This document shows, piece after piece, positions 27,601 to 36,072 of a stretch of DNA of 64,000 nucleotides. Under the pieces are notes generated by a model. The model was not told the origin of the DNA. It did not search any database and saw nothing but the letters and a program-made list of their open reading frames with translations. Every line of letters starts with the position of its first letter. Position 1 is the stretch's first letter. The position numbers and the translations under genes were made by a program. Origin of the DNA: an uncultured Pseudomonadota bacterium (GTDB taxonomy: Bacteria > Pseudomonadota > Alphaproteobacteria > RF32 > CAG-239); NCBI GenBank assembly GCA_902785935.1, contig CADAAN010000006.1, positions 4,309 to 68,308 of the forward strand, in the 5' to 3' direction.

Positions 27601-27776
27601 GCATCAAGCTTTGCTGGCATACGGACGATGCGGAGCTTGCACAAGCCTTAAATGACAATAAGGCCTATATTGCTCAGCAGGTTTTGGCGCTTGAGACGTC
27701 TGATGTTTGCACATCCGGCACGACCGATACCATTGAAGGGCAAAACATCACCTTTGATGCTGTCGTTGCAAAATAA
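24684..27776 (+). CDS. ileS: Isoleucyl-tRNA synthetase (long, type-2-like form)
   Basis: 1030 aa. HIGH-type motif PHYGHI, KMSKS-type motif KLSKRLKN, and a CP1 editing domain. Confidence 0.95.
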   Translation: MKHYAEIGAKPDFVKLEKEVLKFWDEDKTFEKSVHNRDGAAEFVFYDGPPFANGTPHYGHIMVSYVKDVVARFQTMMGKKVERRLGWDCHGLPAEMSAEKQLGVSGRKQIEEYGVEKFNDFCRADVLKYSSIWVDMFKRIGRWVDFSHDYKTMDLSFMESVIKNFKTLYDKGLVYEDYRVLPYSWAAQTPLSNFEVNQGYQEKTDNAITVMFELETGDKILVWTTTPWTLPSNLMLAVGKDIDYAVMQEEDGQKYIIAEARLGAYKKQLEHAVKVGSVKGADLVGLSYKPMFKYFEGLKAKGAFKVLSGEFVSTEDGTGVVHIAPGFGQDDFDACRAYDENFPIVCPVDEAGKFTSEVPDYEGKQVFETNEPIMTWLKTNGLLVKKEQYTHSYPFCWRTDTPLIYKAMSSWFVKVTDFKDEMVRNNQEINWVPEHIKDGRFGKWLEGARDWSISRNRFWGTPIPVWKSDNPKFPRIDVFGSINEIKEKTGFDVKNLHKPYIDEVVYPNPDDPSGQTMMRRVSDVFDCWFESGSMPYAQVHYPFDNKAWFENHFPADFIVEAMDQTRGWFYTLTVLSTALMGKPAFKNCICTGLLMAEGGQKLSKRLKNYPDPNEVLENIGSEALRWFLVSSPVLKGGNLAVDKEGKEISKALRSALIPLWNAFYFFVLYANAEEYQAKEITSSSEAIDNYILSKLKVLRDHVEHGLSTYDVSEATTEATNFMEVLNNWYIRRTRDRFWSGDKQAFDTLYTVLVVLSKILAPLMPFLSEYVYKNLTKGESVHLIDFPKLEDIKVDEELVKDMDFVQSLCSAGKFIREEKNLRGRLPLASLTLVGAELTPAYQDIVKDELNVKEVRFDNNLSLYADKKLYLYTPLLGKTLGKDMGKVMAAYKQNEWSLNDDGTLNIAGLNLAKDLFEVRLDMKEGIAGLSFADNKAVVMLDTNLTPELKREGMARDFVRMVQTMRKEKDFNISDRIKLCWHTDDAELAQALNDNKAYIAQQVLALETSDVCTSGTTDTIEGQNITFDAVVAK

Positions 27777-27794
27777 ATGAAGTGTAACATATAA

Positions 27795-27840
27795 AAACAG
27801 GCGCCTTGATGATATTTAAGGTGCCTGTTTAAATATTTTG
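27795..27840 (+). terminator. Terminator after ileS
   Basis: AAACAGGCGCCTT (27795-27807) pairs with AAGGTGCCTGTTT (27818-27830). Confidence 0.7.
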
Positions 27841-28090
27841 TTGATAAGAAAAGTACTAAAAAATAAGGAAAAAATGCATTTTTATACAAAAAATAAACAA
27901 AAAAATAAAATTTTTTGCATTTTTTGCTTGTTTTTCGATTCAAAATGTGATACATTGACAACATAAAAGTACCATAAGTTATGTTTATAAGAATTAATAA
28001 CTATTGTGAACGGGTTGAAGATTTTTTTGAAGTCTTGCCTGCGTTGTACTTTTGAAATTTGAAAAATTAATCATCAAATATTTTACAATT

Positions 28091-29188
28091 ATGGCAGACA
28101 TTAAAAAGATCGCGGTATGTGTCCTTATGACCATGGCCGCAACAACCATGAAAATTAACGCGCAAAATTTAAGCCAGCAGGTGGCATCAGACGGAGCACG
28201 CTCCATCGCCGCTCAGACCTTCAAAAAGGCTCAGGTATGGCGGACTGAAGAATTTCAGGTCTACGCCGACTGTAGCCTTACCGAACGGGAAGCCACGCTT
28301 CCGACCGGAGAGATTGTCAAAGTGAAAATCGACAAGTCGGAACGGGTTTACGGGCCGATGCAGTCGGTCGCCAAAGACGGATTTTCCGTCGCCGTGGGCG
28401 GAGGTTTGAACTACATGGCGCAAAGAGGTGCGCCTGAGTTCTTCAATAACTTCCAGCCGCAGGCCGGCATCAGCCTCCGTGCAGACGGAATTGGCTGGTG
28501 TAAAACGGAAACGCAGACCCGCGTTTATCGTGAGGTCTACGCTTATGCCGTTGGTGGAACCATCCTCATGGCAGTGATGCCGTGGGAATGGAAAGGCGAG
28601 ATGCCTGGCATCGTTTGGTTCGAAAGAACCAATGAGGGCTATTTCGTCTGGCTCACTCGCCCGAGCGGCCGTGAGGTGGTGGAAGGACAGATCCTTTACC
28701 GTGAGGTGGAGGAAGAGGTCCCCGTTATCACATCCCAGCATCGCCCCTTTGCGGCTGAGCTGGCTGTGAGTGGAAGCTTCCGCCGCTATGAGCCGGGTGC
28801 CGAGTCCGCTTCGAAAAACTATATCAGCTACAGCACCACGCTGTACCTGAAATATCGTTTGTTCGAGGACAAATGGCTCCGCCACCGCCTGAATCTTGTT
28901 GGTTCCGCGGGTTATCAATTCTGCAAGGATGACACCAATGTCGTCCTTGACAAGGAATATCCCATGTACTACATGGGAAGTGGAATAACCTTCGGGGGCG
29001 GGCTGGAATATCGTTTCCAGTTCCCCGCCACCATCAACAAGGCGGGCAAAATTAATAAATTCATGGCAGGTTCTGCCTTGAATTTATACGTAGGAGCCCA
29101 GTCGGTGCCTATCGTGACCCCCGGCTACACAAGGCGGGAAGTCATGGTCATGACGACCCTTTCGTGGTCGTTCGGAATGTTCCGTTAA
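28091..29188 (+). CDS. Secreted/outer-membrane-like hypothetical protein on a high-GC insert
   Basis: Signal peptide MADIKKIAVCVLMTMAATTMKINA-QN, with a beta-rich, aromatic-rich C-terminal part. A sample 60-mer (28261-28320) is 58% GC, against about 38% for the neighbours. I took the start at ATG 28091 rather than the track's TTG at 28052. Confidence 0.7.
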   Translation: MADIKKIAVCVLMTMAATTMKINAQNLSQQVASDGARSIAAQTFKKAQVWRTEEFQVYADCSLTEREATLPTGEIVKVKIDKSERVYGPMQSVAKDGFSVAVGGGLNYMAQRGAPEFFNNFQPQAGISLRADGIGWCKTETQTRVYREVYAYAVGGTILMAVMPWEWKGEMPGIVWFERTNEGYFVWLTRPSGREVVEGQILYREVEEEVPVITSQHRPFAAELAVSGSFRRYEPGAESASKNYISYSTTLYLKYRLFEDKWLRHRLNLVGSAGYQFCKDDTNVVLDKEYPMYYMGSGITFGGGLEYRFQFPATINKAGKINKFMAGSALNLYVGAQSVPIVTPGYTRREVMVMTTLSWSFGMFR

Positions 29189-29203
29189 TTTGCGCAAAAG
29201 TTA

Positions 29204-29234
29204 AAGCACTCCCCTTAAAAGGAGTGCTTTTTCT
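29204..29234 (+). terminator. Terminator of the high-GC gene
   Basis: AGCACTCC (29205-29212) pairs with GGAGTGCT (29221-29228), followed by a T-run. Confidence 0.7.
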
Positions 29235-29406
29235 GTTTTAAAACTTAAAAAAGCAACCTGCCTGCTAAACCGGAGCATTGCTTTTTTTATATTATTTTTT
29301 ATAAAGGGGATAAATTATGAGAAAACGGATTTTGGTTTTAGGATTGATACGTATTAATAACGACCTTGCTTCTTAACTTTATCCGCACACAAAAAGAAAT
29401 TTTTGC

Positions 29407-30540
29407 CTAACGATATCGAATCGAGAAGGTGTTTGTTTTGCCCGCCACCTGATTCGCCTCATCGACGGTATAAATGCGCTTGCCCTCATAGCCGATAATC
29501 TTGCCATCTTCATAAATGGCCGTACTTCCATCGGCTAATTTTTTAGAGTATTTAACTGCCATAATGTCAGCAAAGTCATTCGGGTCAAGCCCTGCCGCCT
29601 CAATATTTCTTTGGCACTTAGCGACAGATCCGGCACACTGTATTTCTATGTTGCTTATATCAAGGTTATCGAAAGGAGAATAAATTCTGTCATAACTAAA
29701 AAATACTTCACAGCTATCCATTTCATATGTACAGCCGGCTTCTAAAGCTTTACTATAAAGTTGTGTATAATCTTCTTCGCTCATATGGCTACGGTTATTT
29801 TCTACATTTTCTAAGCTGTAAAAATCATCTTCTATCACATATCTGCTGAATGCAAAATTAAAATCATCTGATACTGTGATTCTTTCAAGATTTTTAATAC
29901 CCTTAAAAGCACCTTCATCAATATACTCAACCGAATCTGGCAATGTAAGGCTTATCAAACCTGACATACCCATAAAAGCATCTCTCTCTATATTTGTAAC
30001 CGAATCCGGAATAGTAAGATTAGTAACGTTTCTCATATACGCAAATGCAGTATCTTCAATATTTTTCAGTGAATTTGGTAAAGTTAAATTTGTAACAGCA
30101 GTAACATCATAAAATGCACCGCTACCGATATCTTCCACCGCATTACCGATTGTTAAATTTGTTACGTTAATCATATTACTAAAAGCACGATCACCAATAG
30201 AAACCACAGAATCTGAAATTTCAATGGATGTAGCATTTGTAGCTTCTCTAAAAGCATTATTTCCAATTGTCGTTATACCTTTTTCTACAACAACAGAGGT
30301 GATATCTTCGCGAATAGCATGCCATGGCATACTGTAATGATACCAACCAGAATAATTCTTATTTTCAAAATCATCCATAGCACCAGTGCCGGAAATAGTC
30401 AAAATACCGCTATCCGTATCCAAGCTCCAATAGCAATTCTCGCCGCATTTTTTGTAGCCGCTGTTTGTACCAATAATATCTGCTTTGACGCCTGAGGATA
30501 ACAAAATAAATCCCATCATCAGAATACATTTATTTTTCAT
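29407..30540 (-). CDS. Secreted BspA-type LRR protein with conserved C-terminal tag
   Basis: Signal peptide (..SSGVKA-DI) and about 7 LRR_5 repeats (TNLTIPDSVTNIERDAFMGM...). C-terminus KRIYTVDEANQVAGKTNTFSIRYR. Confidence 0.9.
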   Translation of the reverse strand: MKNKCILMMGFILLSSGVKADIIGTNSGYKKCGENCYWSLDTDSGILTISGTGAMDDFENKNYSGWYHYSMPWHAIREDITSVVVEKGITTIGNNAFREATNATSIEISDSVVSIGDRAFSNMINVTNLTIGNAVEDIGSGAFYDVTAVTNLTLPNSLKNIEDTAFAYMRNVTNLTIPDSVTNIERDAFMGMSGLISLTLPDSVEYIDEGAFKGIKNLERITVSDDFNFAFSRYVIEDDFYSLENVENNRSHMSEEDYTQLYSKALEAGCTYEMDSCEVFFSYDRIYSPFDNLDISNIEIQCAGSVAKCQRNIEAAGLDPNDFADIMAVKYSKKLADGSTAIYEDGKIIGYEGKRIYTVDEANQVAGKTNTFSIRYR

Positions 30541-30564
30541 AATTTTTTCCCTTTTAAAGATGTT

Positions 30565-30864
30565 AATATAAAAAAGTTTAACCGCGCCTTTTTAAGTGCG
30601 GCGGGGAGTGAAGAAATCATGTAAACCTAAATGACTCTTGCAACCTTTAGAATAACTCTTGTACATCCTTTGCAAGCTCCCCAACCAAAACTTTGGGGAT
30701 AATCGGCATTTTATACAAAAACACCTTCAAAACAAACAGTGTTATCCGTCACTGAGGTTTACAAAAGCTTCTTCAAAGCTCCGCACCCAATACATAGGCA
30801 CTAAATGATAAGATTTCTCCCATCACTTAAGATTTATTAGAACACGTTTTGATTTAATTGTCAA
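30565..30864 (-). promoter_or_regulatory. Leader family B, copy B1: promoter + ~255-nt structured leader + terminator
   Basis: Minus strand: TTGACA (30864-30859), 17 nt, TCTAAT (30841-30836). Conserved blocks and covarying helices are shared with 41695-41952 and 61258-61513. A hairpin plus T-run lies near 30571-30606. Confidence 0.7.
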
Positions 30865-30946
30865 ATAAAAAAGCAAAATTTTATGTACTTTTACTTTTTT
30901 TTGAAGTATAGTAATGCCAGTTGAGGAAATATTTGGAAAAAAATAA

Positions 30947-32410
30947 ATGAATTTTATCAAAAAATATCCGTTTCAAATTTTTTTAAGCCTGCATTTTTTG
31001 CTTTGGAGCTTTTTACCCCTTTTGCGCAAAAGCCTGCCGATGGACAGTATTGAAGCTGTCGTGTGGGGGATGTATTGCGATTTCGGTACAAACAAACATC
31101 CGCCTTTATCGGGTTGGCTTGCCGATTTTGTTTATAACATCATCGGTTTTGAACAGCCCCTTGCCATTTATATGTTAAGTCAGCTTTGTGTGCTTTTGGG
31201 ATTTATTTATATTTATCGTTTGGCACGTGAATTTATCTCTAAAGAGCGTGCAACATTTGCCGTAATGGTGCTTGCCGGCGTGATTTATTATGGTTTCAGC
31301 GCGATTGAATATAATGTCAACGTGGTATCCTTGGCTTTGTGGCCGATGACGGCCTTTTACTTTTACAAGGCCTTAGATGAAGACAAGCTTACGGATTGGG
31401 TTTTAACGGGGCTTTTTGCGGGGCTTAATCTGTTCAATAAATACACAAGCGGTATTTTGCTTTTTTCTATGGGCGTGATGATGCTTTTTGATAAAAAAGC
31501 ACGCAAACATCTGACAAGCTATAAGCCTTATGTCTGTGCACTTGTATGTACAATAACGATTTTGCCGCATCTTTTGTGGCTTATTGATCATCAGTTTTTT
31601 TCGCTCGGCTATTTTATAGGCCGTGGCTCAAAGGGCGGATTTGACAACTTTCCGCTCTTAAAGCATATTGTTTATCCCATAAAATTTATCGGGGCGCAGT
31701 TGCTTTTCGGTCTTGGCGCATTTTTGGTTTATTTTACGGCATATTACAAGCAAAAACGCTTTGATGTGAAGGCAAACCGTTTTCAAAAAAACTTTTTATT
31801 TTTTCTGGGGTTGATGCCTGTTTTATTAATGACGCTGATAAGCTTTGTTTTCGGCTTAAAGCTCAAAAGCATGTGGGGATTTCCGTGTTATTATCTTGCG
31901 GGCGTAATGCTTTTTGTGTTTTTTCCATGCAAATTAACAAGCGTGTTTAAAAAAAGGATGTATATCGGCGTCTATGCGATGCTCTTTTTGCTCTTTTTTG
32001 CGCAGGGGTGTGTCATTTTGTTTAACAAAAGCGATAAATTTCACTTAAATCAGCAGGCCTACGGGCAAATGCTTGAAGATTTGTGGCACAAAAAATACGG
32101 CCGTTTTGATTTTGCTTATGTCGCAGGCGATGTTTGGTGGGCAGACAATGCCGCACTTTTTGCTCCATCAAGGCCAAAGCCGCTGATTTGGGGTGATATC
32201 AAACAAAATCCGTGGCTTGATGAACATGATATCAATGATAAAGGCGCCTTGGTTGTGACAAGTGACAAGTTTGAATATGATGATATCAAAAATAAGCTCA
32301 AATTTGTTTCAAAGCCTGAGATTTTGGAAATTGTGGTCACAAACAGACTTGGCAAAATCAAGAAAAAAACACTTTATTATGGTTTTTATAACGTTTACGG
32401 AGAAAGATAA
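30947..32410 (+). CDS. ArnT/LgmB-like GT39-family lipid A glycosyltransferase
   Basis: 487-aa polytopic membrane protein with the architecture of undecaprenyl-phosphate-sugar-dependent glycosyltransferases. Precedes the ArnC-like GT2 gene. Confidence 0.6.
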   Translation: MNFIKKYPFQIFLSLHFLLWSFLPLLRKSLPMDSIEAVVWGMYCDFGTNKHPPLSGWLADFVYNIIGFEQPLAIYMLSQLCVLLGFIYIYRLAREFISKERATFAVMVLAGVIYYGFSAIEYNVNVVSLALWPMTAFYFYKALDEDKLTDWVLTGLFAGLNLFNKYTSGILLFSMGVMMLFDKKARKHLTSYKPYVCALVCTITILPHLLWLIDHQFFSLGYFIGRGSKGGFDNFPLLKHIVYPIKFIGAQLLFGLGAFLVYFTAYYKQKRFDVKANRFQKNFLFFLGLMPVLLMTLISFVFGLKLKSMWGFPCYYLAGVMLFVFFPCKLTSVFKKRMYIGVYAMLFLLFFAQGCVILFNKSDKFHLNQQAYGQMLEDLWHKKYGRFDFAYVAGDVWWADNAALFAPSRPKPLIWGDIKQNPWLDEHDINDKGALVVTSDKFEYDDIKNKLKFVSKPEILEIVVTNRLGKIKKKTLYYGFYNVYGER

Positions 32411-33364
32411 ATGAAAAAAGTCAGTATTGTAATTTCGGCTTATAACGAAGAAGGCAATATCGAAAAATTGTATCAGGAACTTGATAAAGAACTCAAAAAA
32501 ATCGAAAAGGTTGGCTTTGAGATTTTGTTTGTCAATGATGGTAGCAAAGACACTACATTTTTTAAAATACAAAATTTGGTCGATAAAGACAACCGCGTTA
32601 AAATGGTCAACTTAAAACGCAATTTCGGCCATGAAATTGCCATGACGGCCGGTATGGACTATGCCAAAGGCGATGCCGTGATTTTTATGGATGCCGATTT
32701 GCAACATCCTCCGCTTTATATCCCCGAGATGGTCAAAGCGTGGCAGGAAGGTTATGAAATTGTTTTGACAAAGCGGGTAGACAATGTTGCCACCTCACGA
32801 TTTTATAAATTCTGCGCCAAGACATTTTATTTTATCTTAAACCTGCTTTCTGAAACAAAAATTGGCGAAAGTATGCCCGATTTCAGATTAATTGATCGTA
32901 AATATGTCGATTTTTTAAAGGGTTTTAATGAGCAAGACAGGCTTTTCAGAGGATTGCTCAGTTGGATTATGCCCAATGACAAGGTCAAAATTATTGATTT
33001 TGTCGCACCCGAAAGATTTAGCGGTACAACAAAATATAATTTTTTCAAAAGCTTAAAACTTGCGATTGACAGCATTACACAATTTTCGGTCAGGCCGCTT
33101 CATTTAGCGACATACTTCGGTTTTTTAGGCGCAGCATGTTCTGTTTTGCTCGGACTGTATGTGATTTTTGAGCATTTTATCGAGCATAATCCGACCCCCG
33201 GATACGCTACGATTGTTTGCGTCGTCGGATTTGTCGGCGCGGTACAGCTCATCACACTCGGGATTATCGGTGAGTATATCGGCAAAATCCATATTGAAGT
33301 CAAAAAGCGCCCGCTCTATTTGGCTGATTTAATTGAACAAAAAGACAAGAACGATGACAAATAA
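32411..33364 (+). CDS. ArnC/LgmA-like GT2 polyprenyl-phosphate glycosyltransferase
   Basis: VSIVISAYNEEGNI, DGSKD and FMDADLQHPP motifs, plus two C-terminal TM helices. Confidence 0.8.
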   Translation: MKKVSIVISAYNEEGNIEKLYQELDKELKKIEKVGFEILFVNDGSKDTTFFKIQNLVDKDNRVKMVNLKRNFGHEIAMTAGMDYAKGDAVIFMDADLQHPPLYIPEMVKAWQEGYEIVLTKRVDNVATSRFYKFCAKTFYFILNLLSETKIGESMPDFRLIDRKYVDFLKGFNEQDRLFRGLLSWIMPNDKVKIIDFVAPERFSGTTKYNFFKSLKLAIDSITQFSVRPLHLATYFGFLGAACSVLLGLYVIFEHFIEHNPTPGYATIVCVVGFVGAVQLITLGIIGEYIGKIHIEVKKRPLYLADLIEQKDKNDDK

Positions 33365-34628
33365 AGTGATTTTCAATGCCGATGATTTCGGTATTTCAAA
33401 AGGCGTCAATGCCGCGATTAAAAAAGCATATGATGAAGGCATATTAAATGCCGCAAGCTTGATGGTTGGCCAAAAATATGCAAAAGAGGCTGTTGAACTT
33501 TCCAAAGAGATGAAAGATTTAGACTTAGGCTTGCACGTCAATTTAACAAACGAATATCCTGTTTCAAAGGCTCAAAATTTATCTTTACTGACGGGCGAAG
33601 ACGGTAAATTTAAGAACGGATTTGTTAAGCTTTTATGGCTCTCGATTTTCAAGCCGAAAGCCTTGCGAGATGAAGTTTATGCTGAAACAGAGGCTCAAAT
33701 ATTAAAAGCTCAAGAAATGGGGGTTCGGCTCACGCACATTGACAGCCACCGCCATGTGCATATGATACCTCTAATTTTTAAGGTTATGCTTGAATTAAAA
33801 GAAAAATACCACATCAAGCGCATACGTGTTATCAATGAATGTGCCTTTTTGACAATGAAGACAAATGCCTCAAAGTCTTATCTTTTTGACGGCGGTTTGA
33901 TTAAGTATTGTCTTTTGCGTTTTTTTGCCGTACTGAACGGATATGCTTCAAAAACCTATTTTTATACCATGCTCTACACCTGCAAGCTTTCTCAAGAACA
34001 TTTCAAAAAAGTTTTGGTCCCCGCTTGTTTTGATGATGTTGAAGTTATGATTCATCCCTCCATCACGGATATTGACAAGCCTTGCAAAGAGGATATTTTT
34101 GATGAAAGTGTGATTTCGCCGTGGCGTGAGGCAGAATTGGCAACTTTGCTTGATAAATCACTTGTCAAAAATTTTGAATTTAATGCAAAATATCCCTATC
34201 TTTACAGGCTTTATTTCAAAGTCGAGCACTTGTGGTTTAAATTTGTTCCCGAAAAATTGCGTTATTTGCTTGTGGGCGGATTTAACACGGTATTTGCATA
34301 TTTGGTTTTTGTGCTTTTGCTTCAAATCCTAAAGATGCCGTATCTTTTGGCTTTAACCGTTCAATATTTTATCACGGTTAATGTTTCAATCGCAACGATG
34401 CGTTATTACGTCTTTCAAAGCAAGGGTGATATCATCAAAGAATTTATCAAAGCGTGGGGCGTATACATTGGTGTGTTTTTGCTCAATTCCGTCGGTCTGT
34501 CGTTTTTGGTTGAAGTATGCAAAATCGAACCTGTTTGGGCTCAGGCAATTTATCTGATTTTTTCAACGATTTTGACATATATTTTGCACAAATATTTTTC
34601 TTTTCACAAAAAAATTAAGCAAAAATAA
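33354..34628 (+). CDS. YdjC/ChbG-type carbohydrate deacetylase fused to a GtrA-like membrane domain
   Basis: The N-terminus FNADDFGISKGVN...HIDSHRHVHM is YdjC family. The C-terminal 4-TM region RYLLVGGFNTVFAYLVF is GtrA-like. ATG 33354 overlaps the upstream stop by 11 nt. Confidence 0.7.
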   Translation: MTNKVIFNADDFGISKGVNAAIKKAYDEGILNAASLMVGQKYAKEAVELSKEMKDLDLGLHVNLTNEYPVSKAQNLSLLTGEDGKFKNGFVKLLWLSIFKPKALRDEVYAETEAQILKAQEMGVRLTHIDSHRHVHMIPLIFKVMLELKEKYHIKRIRVINECAFLTMKTNASKSYLFDGGLIKYCLLRFFAVLNGYASKTYFYTMLYTCKLSQEHFKKVLVPACFDDVEVMIHPSITDIDKPCKEDIFDESVISPWREAELATLLDKSLVKNFEFNAKYPYLYRLYFKVEHLWFKFVPEKLRYLLVGGFNTVFAYLVFVLLLQILKMPYLLALTVQYFITVNVSIATMRYYVFQSKGDIIKEFIKAWGVYIGVFLLNSVGLSFLVEVCKIEPVWAQAIYLIFSTILTYILHKYFSFHKKIKQK

Positions 34629-34676
34629 AGAGTCATGTGCTTCAATAAAAGCCATAAAATTTGAGGATAAATTAAA

Positions 34677-35528
34677 ATGAAACCTATTGTGCCGATCGTC
34701 GGGATATCTAAAATCATAGCCCCTTATGATGTTGTGATAACGGGGTTCGACGGCGTTCTGACAAAAGGTGGTGATTTTTTTGAAGAATCTTTGGATGCCT
34801 TAAAAAAAATCAAGGCACTCGGCAAAGACATTGTTTTGCTTTCAAATACACCTTTAAGAATTTATGAGATTGTGGCGCGTTTTGAAGCGGCAGGTTTTGA
34901 TGTACGCAATTTTAAGGCCGTGATGACAGCCGGAGAAATGGCGCACTTCATGCTTAAATCTCAAAAAAGATTGAAGAATAACTATTACAATATCGGCGGA
35001 GCAGATGCTTCAGGGATATTTAAGGGGTTGAATTATCAAAAAGTATCTGATATCAATAAGGCGGATTTTGTTTTTATTGCTTATGCCGATCCGTCAAAAG
35101 AAGTTATTGAAGATTATGTGCCTCAATTGCAAGAAGCACTTGCGCTTAATCTTGAAATGTTTTGTGTCGGGACGGATGTCGCAAGGCATATCTCAGGACA
35201 AGTGGCCATCGGAGTCGGACACATTGCAGAACAATATGCAGCCATGGGCGGCAAAATCATAACTATCGGCAAAGCAGATCCAAAAGTCTTAAATTATATC
35301 CAGGAAACACTGTCACCCTCGCTAAAAAATATTTTATTCATCGGAGACAGCTTTACAAGTGATATGAAATGTGCTAGCATGATGAAAACGGATATGCTTT
35401 TTGTTTCAAAAGGTGTGCATATGTCGGCACTTGGTGAGGGATATATTCCTGATGTACAAAAAACACGCCTTCTTGCCATGAATCACGGAGTATATCCTGA
35501 TTATGTCATTTCATCACTGAGGTTTTAA
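34677..35528 (+). CDS. HAD-superfamily subfamily IIA hydrolase-like protein
   Basis: 283 aa, with SNTP and GDSFTSD motifs. Motif I reads GFDGVL, so the usual first Asp is not obvious. Confidence 0.6.
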   Translation: MKPIVPIVGISKIIAPYDVVITGFDGVLTKGGDFFEESLDALKKIKALGKDIVLLSNTPLRIYEIVARFEAAGFDVRNFKAVMTAGEMAHFMLKSQKRLKNNYYNIGGADASGIFKGLNYQKVSDINKADFVFIAYADPSKEVIEDYVPQLQEALALNLEMFCVGTDVARHISGQVAIGVGHIAEQYAAMGGKIITIGKADPKVLNYIQETLSPSLKNILFIGDSFTSDMKCASMMKTDMLFVSKGVHMSALGEGYIPDVQKTRLLAMNHGVYPDYVISSLRF

Positions 35529-35538
35529 GGGATAAAAA

Positions 35539-36069
35539 ATGAAAAAATCCGTCATTTTATTTTTGAGTTTTTTATTTTTATTTCATATCCTTTCCATACG
35601 CTTAATTGATATCAAATTAAGGCGGGTATGTCCTATTGTTCCGACAAGTATTGAAGTGTCTCAAAATGAGGCTGACGTATTTTTGCAAAACTTTCAGGAA
35701 TATGTTGCACGTGGCTATGATAAAAAGATTCCTGAAGATTTTTCCTACGATGCGACGGATGTCACGGCAAGGCTTCCTTGGATTGTCAAAAAATGGTTTG
35801 AAAAAGGATGCATTAATCCCGAGCGTTTTTATTACATCGAACAGCGTCTTCGTACCGGCCTGAAAGCTTATGAGCTTAAAAAGCATGCGGATCATGTTGC
35901 CTCTGTTTTATCACAAAAAATAACAAAAAAGATGGACGCGGAACAAAAAAAGTGGTACAATGACATGATTGAAAACCAAAAGAAAATGTCAAAAATTGAG
36001 GGTATTTCAGATCAGGAATTTGATTATATCGCATCAAAAGAAGAAAAAATCAGAGCAATTTTGAGGTAA
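35539..36069 (+). CDS. Hypothetical membrane-anchored protein
   Basis: N-terminal hydrophobic segment and a good ORF; no motif recognised. Confidence 0.5.
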   Translation: MKKSVILFLSFLFLFHILSIRLIDIKLRRVCPIVPTSIEVSQNEADVFLQNFQEYVARGYDKKIPEDFSYDATDVTARLPWIVKKWFEKGCINPERFYYIEQRLRTGLKAYELKKHADHVASVLSQKITKKMDAEQKKWYNDMIENQKKMSKIEGISDQEFDYIASKEEKIRAILR

Positions 36070-36072
36070 AAA

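Noticed and set aside
28187-28918. 243-aa antisense ORF inside the high-GC gene
   Set aside because: It is a shadow ORF, expected on the opposite strand of a GC-rich coding region. The sense ORF has a signal peptide, a promoter and a terminator.
29317-29376. 19-codon ORF MRKRILVLGLIRINNDLAS with a good RBS, next to the high-GC insert
   Set aside because: It resembles only the first residues of the secreted paralogs' signal peptides. It is too short to call and may be a remnant of a truncated gene. It is mentioned only as possible support for a rearrangement at this site.
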